DNA of 64,000 bases from an uncultured Candidatus Saccharibacteria bacterium. GTDB taxonomy: Bacteria > Patescibacteriota > Saccharimonadia > CAILAD01 > JADZBC01. A program made the position numbers and the translations under genes. This document shows positions 46,820-57,463 of this stretch, one piece after another. The notes below the pieces were generated by a model. It saw only the letters and a program-made list of their open reading frames with translations. It searched no databases and was not told the DNA's origin. The stretch spans positions 1,572-65,571 of the forward strand of contig CAYPSN010000005.1 of the NCBI GenBank assembly GCA_964413715.1. The letters run 5' to 3'. Numbering within the stretch: position 1 is the first letter of the stretch; every line of letters starts with the position of its first letter.

Positions 46820-47742
46820 TGTATGACATCGCCATAATTGGAGCTGGCCCGGCTGGCATGACAGCAGGCGTGTATGCGGCGCGAAAAAAGCTCAAGACCA
46901 TCCTGCTCAGTAAAGACATTGGTGGGCAGGCGGCATGGAGCAGTGATATCGAAAACTACCTTGGGTTTTCTATGCTGACGGGCGCGGAGCTAACGACCAA
47001 GTTTGAACATCACTTGGAGAAGTTTAAAGACGATGTTGAATTGCGCATTTTGCAGCATGGTGTAGAACAAATTGAAAAGCTTGACACACACTTCAAGATT
47101 CATGCAGATGGTAAAACGATTACCGCTAGAGCTGTAATCATTGCGGGCGGAAAAGTGCCACGTCATTTAGACATCCCTGGAGAGAAAGAGTTTTTGAATA
47201 AGGGCGTGTCGTATTGCGCCTGGTGTGATGGGCCGATCTTCGAAGGCAAAGACATTGTGGTGGCCGGTGGAGGTAATGCTGCGCTGGATGCAGTGCTCAA
47301 TGTTTCTAAAATGGTGCGCAATATCTACGTTGTTAATTTGGCGCCCGAACTTACGGCTGACCCCGTTATGGTTGATAAAGTAATGCAATTGCCGCATGTG
47401 CGAGTTATGAATAATACGGAACTATTGCGTATAGTGGGCGACAAGTTTTTGTCGGGCGTGGAGGTGAAGGATCGTGATAAAGGTACGCATAAGACACTTG
47501 ATGTGGAAGGAATTTTTATTGAAGTTGGCTCTGTACCGGCTACAGATTACTTGCGCAATTTTCTCAAACTCAACCACGAAGGCGAGATTGTTATTGATAA
47601 AAACAATATGACGAGCCAAGCTGGAGTCTTTGCGGCTGGGGACATTACCGATGTGATTGAGAAGCAAATCATTGTGGCAGCTGGGGAGGGAGCGAAGGCA
47701 GCCATCCAGGCAAGCCAGTACCTGACCAAGCAGAAACATTAG
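46819..47742 (+). CDS. trxB: thioredoxin reductase
   Basis: GAGPAG, GVSYCAWCDG, GGGNAA, GVFAAGD. Confidence 0.92.
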   Translation: MYDIAIIGAGPAGMTAGVYAARKKLKTILLSKDIGGQAAWSSDIENYLGFSMLTGAELTTKFEHHLEKFKDDVELRILQHGVEQIEKLDTHFKIHADGKTITARAVIIAGGKVPRHLDIPGEKEFLNKGVSYCAWCDGPIFEGKDIVVAGGGNAALDAVLNVSKMVRNIYVVNLAPELTADPVMVDKVMQLPHVRVMNNTELLRIVGDKFLSGVEVKDRDKGTHKTLDVEGIFIEVGSVPATDYLRNFLKLNHEGEIVIDKNNMTSQAGVFAAGDITDVIEKQIIVAAGEGAKAAIQASQYLTKQKH

Positions 47743-47793
47743 CTTGGCCGCATTAATTTGTGCTATACTATACTTGTTAAAGTAAAGGGTATT

Positions 47794-48045
47794 ATGAATA
47801 GAGAAGACAACCCAGTAATCGTTTATACAACTCCTACCTGCCACTTTTGCGGCGCGGTCAAAGAGTATCTGAATGATAAAAAAATTGCATATAAGGAAAT
47901 CAATGTGCAGGCTGACGCCGCTGCAGCCGATGAGATGATTAAGAAGTCGGGCCAAATGGGCGTACCAGTAATTGATATTGACGATCAAATTGTAATCGGC
48001 TTCAATAAGCCAAAGCTCGATGAGCTTTTGACGGCAGCTCAGTAG
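47794..48045 (+). CDS. glutaredoxin/NrdH-like protein
   Basis: YTTPTCHFC, KSGQMGVPVI. Confidence 0.9.
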   Translation: MNREDNPVIVYTTPTCHFCGAVKEYLNDKKIAYKEINVQADAAAADEMIKKSGQMGVPVIDIDDQIVIGFNKPKLDELLTAAQ

Positions 48046-48218
48046 ACAAACGGCCATAGTCAAAGACAATAAAAACTAGTCTGTTTTTTGCTAAAACCCC
48101 ATAATGTCAGCCGCAGCAAAGCCTGCTAAGATAGAGTTCATAGGGTGAGGATAGAGGTTTAGTCGCGCATATAGTGGTGACACACCAGTCAAGTAAAAAT
48201 AAATACTACACAATCATC

Positions 48219-48246
48219 AGCCGGCCGCGAGGTCGGTTTTGTGTTT
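48219..48246 (+). terminator. intrinsic terminator upstream of uvrB
   Basis: AGCCGGCC-GCGA-GGTCGGTT followed by TTGTGTTT. Confidence 0.7.
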
Positions 48247-48284
48247 CGTTCGTATCTGCGGCAACTTGGACTATAATAAGGTGT

Positions 48285-50270
48285 ATGAGTTTATTTCATC
48301 TCAATTCTAAATATCAGCCAAGTGGTGATCAGCCGACAGCCATTACTAAACTTACGCAAGGGTTGTCTGAAGGGTCGCGCGAGCAAACGTTGCTGGGTGT
48401 AACGGGCTCTGGTAAAACCTTTACAATGGCCAATGTCGTTGCTCAGGCAGACAGGCCGACACTTATATTGAGCCATAACAAAACTTTGGCTGCTCAGCTG
48501 TATGGCGAGTTCAAAGAGTTCTTCCCGCAGAACGCCGTGCACTATTTTGTCAGCTACTTTGATTACTATCAGCCAGAGGCATACATTCCTCGCAGCGATA
48601 CATATATCGAAAAGGATAGTCAGATAAATGAGGAAATTGATCGTTTGCGCCATGCGGCTACGAGTTCGCTCCTGACGCGGCGCGATGTCGTTATTGTGGC
48701 TTCAGTGAGCTGTATTTATGGCATTGGTAATGTCGACGACTATGCCGATATGGCGGTCAGGCTGCAAGTTGGTGAATTGCGAAAGCGCGATAAAATGCTA
48801 CGGCAGTTAAATGACATTCAGTACACACGCAATGACACGAGCTTCGAGCGCGGTGTGTTTCGGGTGCGCGGTGAGAATGTCGACATTTTTCCAGCTGGCG
48901 AAGAAAACGCCTATCGCCTAGAATTTTTTGGTGATACACTCGAGCGCATTGTGCAGATCAACCCGTTGACCGGGGAAATTGTGCAGTCGCTAGAAAGCCT
49001 GAACGTTTTTCCGGCCAAGCACTACGTAACACCTCGGCAGCAACTTGAGGTTGCCATGCAAAAAATCCGTGCCGAAACCGCAGAGCGGGTGGCATATTTT
49101 AAGGCCAACAACCAGCTGCTGGAGGCACAGAGGTTGGAGAGTCGCGTGAAGTATGATTTGGAAATATTGGAGCAGACTGGTTTTGTAAAAGGCATAGAAA
49201 ACTATTCGCGCTACTTAACCAACCGTGAACCGGGCGACCAGCCAGCAACGCTCATGGATTACTTCCCCGACGACTTCTTGATGTTTGTCGATGAGTCGCA
49301 CATTACACTGCCACAGGTACGCGGTATGTTCAACGGCGATCGCGCACGCAAAGAAATATTAGTGGAGCATGGTTTTCGCTTGCCATCGGCACTAGATAAT
49401 CGGCCGCTGACATTCACCGAGTTTGATCGACACATGAATCAGGCAATTTACGTTTCGGCTACGCCAAACGATTATGAGCTAAGTCGTTCATCGCAAGTTG
49501 TCGAACAAATTATTCGACCAACTGGCTTACTTGATCCAGTCATTGAGGTCAGACCCGTCGAACACCAAGTTGACGACTTAATTGCCGAGATTCGCGCTCG
49601 GATCGAAAAGCAACAGCGCACGCTGGTAACCACACTCACGAAACGGATGGCCGAGGACTTAACCGAGTATTTGCAGGACATTGGTATTAAGGTGCAATAC
49701 TTGCATAGCGATGTGGGGACATTTGAGCGGACAGATATTCTGCGAGATCTGCGCCTTGGCGTGTACGACGTTGTAGTTGGGATTAATTTGTTGCGGGAAG
49801 GCTTGGACTTGCCCGAAGTGAGCTTAGTGGCAATTATTGACGCTGACAAAGAAGGCTTTTTACGCAGCGAAAGTTCGCTGATCCAAACGATTGGTCGAGC
49901 CGCCCGACATCAAGAAGGTATGGTTATTATGTATGCCAATAAGATGACTGGCTCGATGGAGCGAGCAATTAGTGTTACTCGTGAACGTCGAGCAACTCAA
50001 GAAGCCTACAACGCCCAGCATGGCATAACGCCAACGACTGTTCAAAAAGCCATTGCAGAGAAGCTGCGAGAAGAGCAGGAAGCAGAAATGGCCGATGTCA
50101 AAGCAATTGACTTTACGAAGGTTCCGAAAGACGAACTTAAGTATTTACAACGTCAGCTCAAGGAGCAAATGCAGCTAGCTGCAGCGAACTTACAGTTCGA
50201 AAAGGCCGCCGAACTACGCGATCAGCTGACTGAAATTGATGATATAGTCCAGGGAAAGAGGATTAAGTAA
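48285..50270 (+). CDS. uvrB: excinuclease ABC subunit B
   Basis: [41 protein letters not shown]; TATAAT 7 nt before ATG. Confidence 0.98.
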   Translation: MSLFHLNSKYQPSGDQPTAITKLTQGLSEGSREQTLLGVTGSGKTFTMANVVAQADRPTLILSHNKTLAAQLYGEFKEFFPQNAVHYFVSYFDYYQPEAYIPRSDTYIEKDSQINEEIDRLRHAATSSLLTRRDVVIVASVSCIYGIGNVDDYADMAVRLQVGELRKRDKMLRQLNDIQYTRNDTSFERGVFRVRGENVDIFPAGEENAYRLEFFGDTLERIVQINPLTGEIVQSLESLNVFPAKHYVTPRQQLEVAMQKIRAETAERVAYFKANNQLLEAQRLESRVKYDLEILEQTGFVKGIENYSRYLTNREPGDQPATLMDYFPDDFLMFVDESHITLPQVRGMFNGDRARKEILVEHGFRLPSALDNRPLTFTEFDRHMNQAIYVSATPNDYELSRSSQVVEQIIRPTGLLDPVIEVRPVEHQVDDLIAEIRARIEKQQRTLVTTLTKRMAEDLTEYLQDIGIKVQYLHSDVGTFERTDILRDLRLGVYDVVVGINLLREGLDLPEVSLVAIIDADKEGFLRSESSLIQTIGRAARHQEGMVIMYANKMTGSMERAISVTRERRATQEAYNAQHGITPTTVQKAIAEKLREEQEAEMADVKAIDFTKVPKDELKYLQRQLKEQMQLAAANLQFEKAAELRDQLTEIDDIVQGKRIK

Positions 50271-51386
50271 ATGGTTGCAGAAAGTCCTGAAAGAAACGAG
50301 CAACGGGTCGAGCAGTCAAAGCAGGCAATGTCAAATGAAAAAGCACAGGAGCTCATAGATATTCAAAACGAAACTAATAGGCGAACCGAGGCTTGGAATA
50401 AATATGCGGGTTATGGCGAAGAGTATGTGCGTAGGAATGACGAACGCGTTGCTTCTGCACGGGCGAAGATAGATAGCTACGGCGATGGCGCCTTGACGCT
50501 GATAGCAAGTATTAATACTGAAAAAATAGATCCTACTACCGGTGAAGTGGCAAAAGATCCGAATGCACCTGGATTGATTGAGGGCAAGGCGATTGATATG
50601 CACGACTATAATCCTGAATCTCGTAATCATGCAGATATTGAGGCGGCTTATGCTCAATATCTCGCAACCACTACGCCAGAAGAGCGTCTTATTGTATTTG
50701 AGGGTGAGGCAAGAGAACCAAGTTTCGTGACAGATAGAGAAACTGCGATTCATACTGCCACCGAATCTGGCCTGATGCAATTTTTGGCGGCTCGAGATGG
50801 AGTGGAGGCTGTTAGCGGAGAGCCGACAGAAGCGGAAATTGCTTCATATGCTGAATCCCAGGGCGTAAGCAGAGAAGAGTTAGCACTCGTACTTATGATA
50901 AGGAATCTTACCTATGATCCCACCGCTCCTTTGCCACAAGATATTACAATGCAGATTTATGGTGAAGCAGCCATAAATGGTGTGAGGGGTTTTCAGAATA
51001 TTTCAGAAGCTGACAAACAAAGAATAGTTGAGCAAAACCCAGAAATACTGAATGCTCTTCGAGCACAGGCCACTGCCTTTGCTGAAAAAATAAATACAGA
51101 TTTGGCTAAACTGGGTTTACCACAACTACAGATACGAGAGGATGGCACAATTGGTTTTGGCTCTATGGAAGACCGCGCCACCCTTGCTAAAGCGTGGGAC
51201 CCGCGATCTGAAGGCCGATTGGCAGAAATCCACAAAATTATTACTGAAGCTCGCGATTATCATATATTCACTACAATTACTGATGCGATTCAGGCAGGTA
51301 AGAAGCCTTTTGTAGTTTATGGTGGCTCTCATGTAATGAGTTTGGAGCCAGCTTTTGAGTCGTATTTTGCTCAAGGCGAACGATAG
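50271..51386 (+). CDS. hypothetical acidic protein
   Basis: 371-aa ORF abutting uvrB; [19 protein letters not shown] motifs. Confidence 0.75.
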   Translation: MVAESPERNEQRVEQSKQAMSNEKAQELIDIQNETNRRTEAWNKYAGYGEEYVRRNDERVASARAKIDSYGDGALTLIASINTEKIDPTTGEVAKDPNAPGLIEGKAIDMHDYNPESRNHADIEAAYAQYLATTTPEERLIVFEGEAREPSFVTDRETAIHTATESGLMQFLAARDGVEAVSGEPTEAEIASYAESQGVSREELALVLMIRNLTYDPTAPLPQDITMQIYGEAAINGVRGFQNISEADKQRIVEQNPEILNALRAQATAFAEKINTDLAKLGLPQLQIREDGTIGFGSMEDRATLAKAWDPRSEGRLAEIHKIITEARDYHIFTTITDAIQAGKKPFVVYGGSHVMSLEPAFESYFAQGER

Positions 51387-51391
51387 GACAC

Positions 51392-51420
51392 TTGAAAAAC
51401 ATCGTGTTTACCTGTATAGT
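51392..51420 (+). promoter_or_regulatory. uvrA promoter with palindrome in the spacer
   Basis: TTGAAA-17-TATAGT (extended TG-like); AAACA-TCG-TGTTT at 51397-51409. Confidence 0.6.
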
Positions 51421-51454
51421 TAAGCGTTGATTTAACAAGTGAGGATGGGCATAT

Positions 51455-54271
51455 ATGGCTGATAAGATCGTCATTAAGGGTGCTCGCGAGCATAACCTCA
51501 AAAACATAGACCTCGAAATCCCCCGCGATAAACTCGTGGTGATTACGGGACTCTCTGGCTCGGGAAAATCCTCACTTGCTTTTGATACTATCTACGCCGA
51601 AGGCCAACGTCGGTATGTTGAGAGCTTAAGTGCTTATGCACGGCAATTTCTTGGACTTATGGAAAAGCCGGATGTTGATCAGATAGAAGGCTTAAGCCCG
51701 GCAATCTCGATTGATCAAAAATCAAGCTCACGTAACCCCCGCTCGACCGTAGCGACCGTTACGGAGATTTATGATTACTTACGTCTGCTCTTTGCCCGCA
51801 TTGGCGTGCCGCACGATCCTGCAACAGGCGAGGTCTTAACGAAGCAAACACCGGCGCAAATTGTAGATTCGATTCGTCAATATCCGAAGGGCACAAAGAT
51901 CGTCATTTTGGCACCGATCGTGAAAGACAAAAAAGGTGAGCACCGACATCTTTTGAGCGAGATTCAAAAGGCTGGCTACAGCCGTGTTCGTTTAAACGGC
52001 ACACTTATGCCGATCGATGAAGTACCAGACTTAGACCGACAGAAGAAACACACCATTGAAGTCGCAGTAGACCGCATGGTGATCGACCCCGAAGAAGCGG
52101 GTCAGCGCCTGGTTGAATCAGTTGAGCAAGCATTGCACCTTGGTGATGGCGTCATTACGGTGTTAGATAGCGACTCTGGCGAAGAAAAAGTGTTTAGTGA
52201 ACACTACACTACGGCTGACTCTGGCTTTTCGCTACCAGAGATTGAGCCACGACTCTTTTCGTTCAACTCCCCGCATGGTGCCTGTCCGAAGTGTACTGGG
52301 CTTGGCTCGCTCTTAATCGTCGATCCAGAACTAGTTATTCCTAATCGCCGCCTGAGCGTTTCCGAAGGGGCAATTCGGCCATGGAGCAGAACAACTTCGC
52401 GTATGACATGGTATACCAAGCTACTTGAGGCCGTGGCCGAAAAGCACAACTTCAGCCTGGCTGTTCCGGTGGAGAAGTTGAGTAGCAAAGAGCTAGAAAT
52501 ACTCATGTATGGTACTGGCGATGAAGAAATCGGCGTGCGTGGTCCGGGCGGCAGAACCTATCGCACTACATTCGAAGGCATTATTCCGAATTTAGAACGA
52601 CGCTACCGTGAAAGTGATAGCGACTTTGTCAAAAAAGAAATCGAGCGCTACATGACGACGCAAGAATGCCAGGAGTGTCATGGCAAACGGCTGAAACCAG
52701 AAGTACTGGCAATTACGATTAATGATAAGTCGATTGCTGACCTAACCGACATGTCGGTCGAAGACGCGCTGACTACATTCGCCGGGCTTACATTAAATGA
52801 CCAGGAATCAAAGATTGCTGCTCAAATATTAAAAGAAATCCGTGAGCGTTTGAAGTTTCTAAACGACGTCGGCCTCAACTACCTAACGCTCAATCGTAGT
52901 GCCAATACGTTGGCAGGTGGCGAGGCGCAGCGTATTCGTTTGGCAACACAGATTGGCTCAAGTCTTATGGGTGTGTTGTACATTCTGGATGAACCGTCGA
53001 TTGGCTTACACCAGCGCGATAATGATCGACTCATTAGTACATTAGAGCGATTGCGTGATTTGGGTAATACTGTGATCGTGGTGGAGCACGATGAAGACAC
53101 TATTCGAGCGAGTGATTACGTGGTCGACATTGGTCCATTGGCGGGCGAGCATGGCGGAGAAGTGGTGGCAGTTGGTGCGCCAGATGATATTGCCAAAAAT
53201 AAAGCTTCACTTACTGGCCAGTACTTAAGTGGTGCAAAGCAAATCGAAGTGCCAAAAGTACGGCGCAAACCGAGCGACAAGAAGCTGACGATTGTTGGCG
53301 CCAGCGAAAACAACTTAAAAGACGTAACGGTAGATGTTCCACTCGGCGTTATGGCGGTAGTCTCAGGCGTATCAGGCTCGGGTAAGTCATCGCTTATTAA
53401 TGACATTTTGGCGCGTAAGCTGAGCCAAGAGTATCATCGTTCTCAGGAGCCAGCTGGCAAGCACAAAGAAATCCTCGGTACTGAGCATCTCGACAAAGTT
53501 ATCGACATCGATCAGTCTCCAATTGGCCGCACACCGCGTTCGAACCCCGCTACTTACACCGGAGCATTCACTGACATTCGCGAGCTGTTTGCTATGGTGC
53601 CCGAAGCTAAGATTCGCGGCTACAGCTCTGGCCGGTTCAGCTTTAACGTAAAAGGTGGCCGCTGTGAAACGTGTAAAGGTGACGGTATCATCAAGATTGA
53701 AATGCACTTTTTGCCAGACGTATATGTTACCTGCGAAACCTGCCACGGCAAGCGCTACAACCGTGAAGCTCTAGAGATTTTGTACAAAGGTAAAACAATT
53801 GCTGATGTGCTGGAAATGACCGTTGATGATGCCTGTGATTTCTTTGGCAATATCCCTACGGTGTTCCGTAAACTTGAGACTCTGCGTAGTGTGGGCCTTG
53901 GCTATATTCGTTTAGGCCAATCTGCTACTACGCTGTCGGGTGGTGAGGCCCAGCGCATTAAGTTGGCAAGTGAATTGTCTCGACGGGCCACTGGGCGAAC
54001 GCTCTACATTCTCGACGAACCAACCACTGGCTTGCACTTCGAAGACGTACGAAAATTACTCGAGGTCTTAAGTGCCTTGGTGACGATGGGGAATTCGATG
54101 CTGATTATTGAACATAACTTAGATGTGATTAAGTGTGCTGACTGGATTATTGATATGGGTCCAGAGGGCGGTAGTGGCGGCGGTACGGTTGTTGCTGAAG
54201 GCACGCCAGAGCAGGTAGCCAAGGTGGCTAAGTCTCACACCGGCCAGTACTTACAAAAGCTCCTTAAATAG
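51455..54271 (+). CDS. uvrA: excinuclease ABC subunit A
   Basis: two ABC domains ([18 protein letters not shown]), zinc-finger Cys pairs. Confidence 0.98.
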   Translation: MADKIVIKGAREHNLKNIDLEIPRDKLVVITGLSGSGKSSLAFDTIYAEGQRRYVESLSAYARQFLGLMEKPDVDQIEGLSPAISIDQKSSSRNPRSTVATVTEIYDYLRLLFARIGVPHDPATGEVLTKQTPAQIVDSIRQYPKGTKIVILAPIVKDKKGEHRHLLSEIQKAGYSRVRLNGTLMPIDEVPDLDRQKKHTIEVAVDRMVIDPEEAGQRLVESVEQALHLGDGVITVLDSDSGEEKVFSEHYTTADSGFSLPEIEPRLFSFNSPHGACPKCTGLGSLLIVDPELVIPNRRLSVSEGAIRPWSRTTSRMTWYTKLLEAVAEKHNFSLAVPVEKLSSKELEILMYGTGDEEIGVRGPGGRTYRTTFEGIIPNLERRYRESDSDFVKKEIERYMTTQECQECHGKRLKPEVLAITINDKSIADLTDMSVEDALTTFAGLTLNDQESKIAAQILKEIRERLKFLNDVGLNYLTLNRSANTLAGGEAQRIRLATQIGSSLMGVLYILDEPSIGLHQRDNDRLISTLERLRDLGNTVIVVEHDEDTIRASDYVVDIGPLAGEHGGEVVAVGAPDDIAKNKASLTGQYLSGAKQIEVPKVRRKPSDKKLTIVGASENNLKDVTVDVPLGVMAVVSGVSGSGKSSLINDILARKLSQEYHRSQEPAGKHKEILGTEHLDKVIDIDQSPIGRTPRSNPATYTGAFTDIRELFAMVPEAKIRGYSSGRFSFNVKGGRCETCKGDGIIKIEMHFLPDVYVTCETCHGKRYNREALEILYKGKTIADVLEMTVDDACDFFGNIPTVFRKLETLRSVGLGYIRLGQSATTLSGGEAQRIKLASELSRRATGRTLYILDEPTTGLHFEDVRKLLEVLSALVTMGNSMLIIEHNLDVIKCADWIIDMGPEGGSGGGTVVAEGTPEQVAKVAKSHTGQYLQKLLK

Positions 54272-54291
54272 GGTTGTCTAGCCAAAAGCAA

Positions 54292-54318
54292 AAAGACCAC
54301 TCAAGTCGAGTGGTCTTT
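54292..54318. terminator. bidirectional terminator
   Basis: AAAGACCACTC/GAGTGGTCTTT between convergent genes. Confidence 0.8.
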
Positions 54319-54424
54319 GTGCTTCTTTGTTCTCCCGACCTAAATCTAGACGCTGTCTAAACTTGGGTCGGGGCCGGAGGTACGAAGCATCGTTGCTTCT
54401 TTGGTGTACCTCCGGCTGAGCCGA

Positions 54425-55204
54425 CTACTTCTTGCCCTTGCCGTGCTTCGGGGGCTCCTGCCCCTTCATGCCGACCGGGTGCGGCTCGGCCGCCCGGTTG
54501 GCGCGGACACGAGCCTTGTGCTCGCGCCGGGCGTTGGAGTCCTGGGTGTCGCCGCTGTTGTACAGCGAACCCATGGTGAGCTCCTCCAGCTCCTCGACGA
54601 GCTCCTCCAGCTTCTTGGCGGAGATCTTCATGCCCTCGCCGTCGAGGATCATGTTGACCTGCCGCTGCTTGTAGCGGTTGAGCTGGAAGTAGACCATGTT
54701 GTTGATGGTCACGCCCTCGTCCATGACCAGGTCGAGGACCCGGCTGATGAGCAGGGACTTCTCCTGGTTCTTGCTCTGGAACCGTGCGTCGGCGGCGGCC
54801 TTGTCGTCGATCGCGCGGAGGATGTCCGTGAGGACCTCCAGACGCGCTTCCGGGCCACGGGCGGCGTAGAGCTTCTGCATCAGGCTGATGCGCTCGTTGT
54901 GCTCCACCCAGGCATCCTTCATGGCCTGCTCGGCAGTGGCGTTGGCCCAGCGCCGGTTCAGGTAGCCCATGGTGGGCTGGACCTTCCTCGGCACGTACAG
55001 ATCCTTGCGGACCTGCTTGGCCTTCGCCTGGTGCGCCGGCTTGCTGCCGAACAGGAAGGTGGCCATCTCCTGCTCCTTGAGCAGGTCGAGGGCCTCCTTG
55101 ACGTTCAGGAAGCGGACGACCCCGGCGATGATCAGTCGGAGGGCCTCGATCGCCGACATGTCGTCGGTGATCTTGGTGGTCGGGTTGGTTTCGGTGACGG
55201 CCAT
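54425..55204 (-). CDS. hypothetical helical protein with extreme GC3 (strong-SD class)
   Basis: GGAGGG SD; 19 of first 20 codons end in G/C; basic C-terminal tail. Confidence 0.8.
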   Translation of the reverse strand: MAVTETNPTTKITDDMSAIEALRLIIAGVVRFLNVKEALDLLKEQEMATFLFGSKPAHQAKAKQVRKDLYVPRKVQPTMGYLNRRWANATAEQAMKDAWVEHNERISLMQKLYAARGPEARLEVLTDILRAIDDKAAADARFQSKNQEKSLLISRVLDLVMDEGVTINNMVYFQLNRYKQRQVNMILDGEGMKISAKKLEELVEELEELTMGSLYNSGDTQDSNARREHKARVRANRAAEPHPVGMKGQEPPKHGKGKK

Positions 55205-55383
55205 GGGCCCTCCAGTGGGTCTTTGGGTGAATTTCCGCTGGCAGACCCTTGGCCAGTACGGATAGCTGGAAAGCAGGCGGTTGCTTTACAGATATCCGTA
55301 GGCCAAGAGTCAATAGACACTAACAGTAAGTAGTCGGTTGTAAATGTACCCTCATAGCAATAAATACTATGAACGTGCTGAGT

Positions 55384-55412
55384 ATGATAGCACAGATAGA
55401 ATAAAATGTCAA
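55384..55412 (-). promoter_or_regulatory. near-consensus promoter for the 54425-55204 gene
   Basis: TTGACA-17-TATCAT with extended -10 TG on minus strand. Confidence 0.75.
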
Positions 55413-55463
55413 TACTTTATGACAATTAAAGTTTCGAACGATAAAACTATGCAAAAATGGAAA

Positions 55464-55498
55464 GAGGCCGTAGCAACCGGTGTGGTTACTACGGCCTC
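55464..55498 (-). terminator. intrinsic terminator of the 55497-55856 gene
   Basis: GAGGCCGTAG/CTACGGCCTC stem, T-rich tail on minus strand. Confidence 0.75.
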
Positions 55499-55856
55499 AC
55501 TGCGCTTGGTCAGAGAGATCTGCTCGAGCCATCTCCAGCAAGCGCCTCCAGGCATTGGCTTGGCCAAGCTCTGCTTCGAACAGGCTCATGCGTAGCAGTT
55601 GCGCAAGTTCGATTTCGCTCATGTCCAGCGCCCAGTCGTCGAAGAGCGCATCGATTGCGGCCTCCAGCTCTTCGGTCAACGCACCGACAGCTTCAGAGTC
55701 ACGCTCCTTGGCTGCCTGCACTCGCTGCTCCTGGATGCTTGAAACAACAATCAAGCTTGCGATCAGGTCGTCCAGGCGGGAGGGGCTGTTCAGCCCATGG
55801 CGGATAATGCGCGACACACTTTCGATAGTTCGCGCTGGCATACTGTGGTCGTGCAT
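55497..55856 (-). CDS. hypothetical helical protein (GC-rich strong-SD class)
   Basis: AGGGGGTG SD before ATG 55856; TTGCCT-17-TACACT promoter at 55930-55902. Confidence 0.7.
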   Translation of the reverse strand: MHDHSMPARTIESVSRIIRHGLNSPSRLDDLIASLIVVSSIQEQRVQAAKERDSEAVGALTEELEAAIDALFDDWALDMSEIELAQLLRMSLFEAELGQANAWRRLLEMARADLSDQAQ

Positions 55857-55971
55857 ATTCACCCCCTATGTAGTGTGATTATGAACTATCACGACATTAT
55901 CAGTGTAATCTACTTTGGTATGTTAGGCAATGGGCAAGGGAAATATGCAAGAAATTGGTATAATACATTAG

Positions 55972-57444
55972 ATGGAAAACCAACTAGCTACAAAGATTAA
56001 ACAGCTTCCAACTCAGCCCGGTGTGTATCTGTATAAAGATGCTAAGGGCAAAATTATTTATGTTGGAAAGGCATCCATTCTAAAGCGACGGGTAAGTTCG
56101 TATTTTCAAAAACATCATAAGGATGTAAAAACCCCAATTCTCGTAGAAAACATTGCCGATATTGACTGGATCGTAACGAGCTCAGAGATAGAAGCACTGT
56201 TTCTTGAATCAGAGCTTGTGAAACGACATAAGCCGCTATATAACATTGAGCTTCGTGATGATAAGAACTTTCTCTATATAAAAATCACGACTGACGAGGA
56301 TTTCCCCAAGGTGAGCTATGTGCGTCGGCCAATGGACGATAAGTCTACGTACTACGGGCCATTTATTTCTGGTGGGGCAGTACGTTCAGCAATGCGGTAT
56401 TTGCGCAGAATATTCCCATATATTACCGACGCCGCCTGGCCTAAAATAAGTGCTTTGCAGCATCAAATTGGAGTTTCTCCACCCCCTGACATAAGCTCTG
56501 CTGACTACAAAGCAAATTTGCGTAAACTCATGATGGTGTTGCGCGGAGATAGTACAAAATTGATTCGCGAAACCGAGCAGGCTATGAAGCGTGCTGCAAA
56601 AGCAAGCCAGTTTGAGGAGGCCGCGAAGTTACGTGATCAGTACCTAGCGCTTAAGTCGTTAAGTCAGAAAAGTGTATTTGGTAAAGAAGAGACTTTTGAT
56701 GTCACTTTAGACCAAGCCCTCAATGGACTAGGTGAACGACTTGGTTTGGCAGGACCTCCGAAACGAATCGAAGCTTATGACATTTCTAATTTCGCAGGCG
56801 GTGATGCTGTGAGCAGTATGGTTGTTTTTACGAACGGCCTTCCGAATCAACGCGAGTATCGACATTTTAAAATGCGCACCAAAGGTCCGAATGATTTTGC
56901 AATGATGGCCGAAACAATGCGCCGTCGTTTTAGCGGAAAGCACGATTGGACTTTGCCAGATGTGATATTGATTGACGGAGGGAAGGGTCAGTTATCAAGT
57001 GTTGATGAGGTACTAAAAGAGCTTGGCGTGAAAATCCCGCGTTTCGGGTTGGCTAAGCGCTACGAAGAAGTTATTAGGCTAAAAGATCAAGTTTCCACAT
57101 CGGCAGTTGTAAAGCCGCTCGAAGGTGATGAGCTGCTCGAAGAGGATAACTTTACGACGCTCAGGATTAGTCATGGCTCGCCAACATTGCAGCTATTGCA
57201 GCGCTTGCGAGACGAGGCCCACCGTTTTGCTGTTGCCTACCACACCCATCTTCGCGACAAACGTACAAAAACCTCTGCCCTTGATGGCATAGTCGGTGTC
57301 GGTCCGGTATTGCGCCGAAAACTTACAAAACACTTCGGTAGCGCTAGGGGGCTGCAGGCGGCGACACCAGATGAAGTTGCGCGTGTGATTGGCCCAGCCA
57401 AAGCCCGACTGGTCTGTGAGGCTTTAGGCATCAAAGCTACCTGA
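55972..57444 (+). CDS. uvrC: excinuclease ABC subunit C
   Basis: GIY-YIG (PGVYLY..IYVGKA), UVR, YDISN, IDGGKGQL, RDEAHRFA, HhH. Confidence 0.97.
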   Translation: MENQLATKIKQLPTQPGVYLYKDAKGKIIYVGKASILKRRVSSYFQKHHKDVKTPILVENIADIDWIVTSSEIEALFLESELVKRHKPLYNIELRDDKNFLYIKITTDEDFPKVSYVRRPMDDKSTYYGPFISGGAVRSAMRYLRRIFPYITDAAWPKISALQHQIGVSPPPDISSADYKANLRKLMMVLRGDSTKLIRETEQAMKRAAKASQFEEAAKLRDQYLALKSLSQKSVFGKEETFDVTLDQALNGLGERLGLAGPPKRIEAYDISNFAGGDAVSSMVVFTNGLPNQREYRHFKMRTKGPNDFAMMAETMRRRFSGKHDWTLPDVILIDGGKGQLSSVDEVLKELGVKIPRFGLAKRYEEVIRLKDQVSTSAVVKPLEGDELLEEDNFTTLRISHGSPTLQLLQRLRDEAHRFAVAYHTHLRDKRTKTSALDGIVGVGPVLRRKLTKHFGSARGLQAATPDEVARVIGPAKARLVCEALGIKAT

Positions 57445-57463
57445 TATATGGTATAATAAGGCA

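Noticed and set aside
48174-48284. N-terminal extension of UvrB in the ORF track (similarly PcrA 5584-5625)
   Set aside because: Runs through terminator hairpins; homology and -10 spacing favour ATG 48285 and 5626
55243-55310. Long imperfect hairpin as an integron attC site
   Set aside because: No RYYYAAC/GTTRRRY core boxes at its ends, no integrase, no repeated cassette spacing
54401-55333. 310-aa plus-strand ORF and 318-aa alternative minus-strand ORF (54357-55313)
   Set aside because: Shadow ORFs expected from extreme GC3; only 54425-55204 has an SD, promoter and coherent codon pattern
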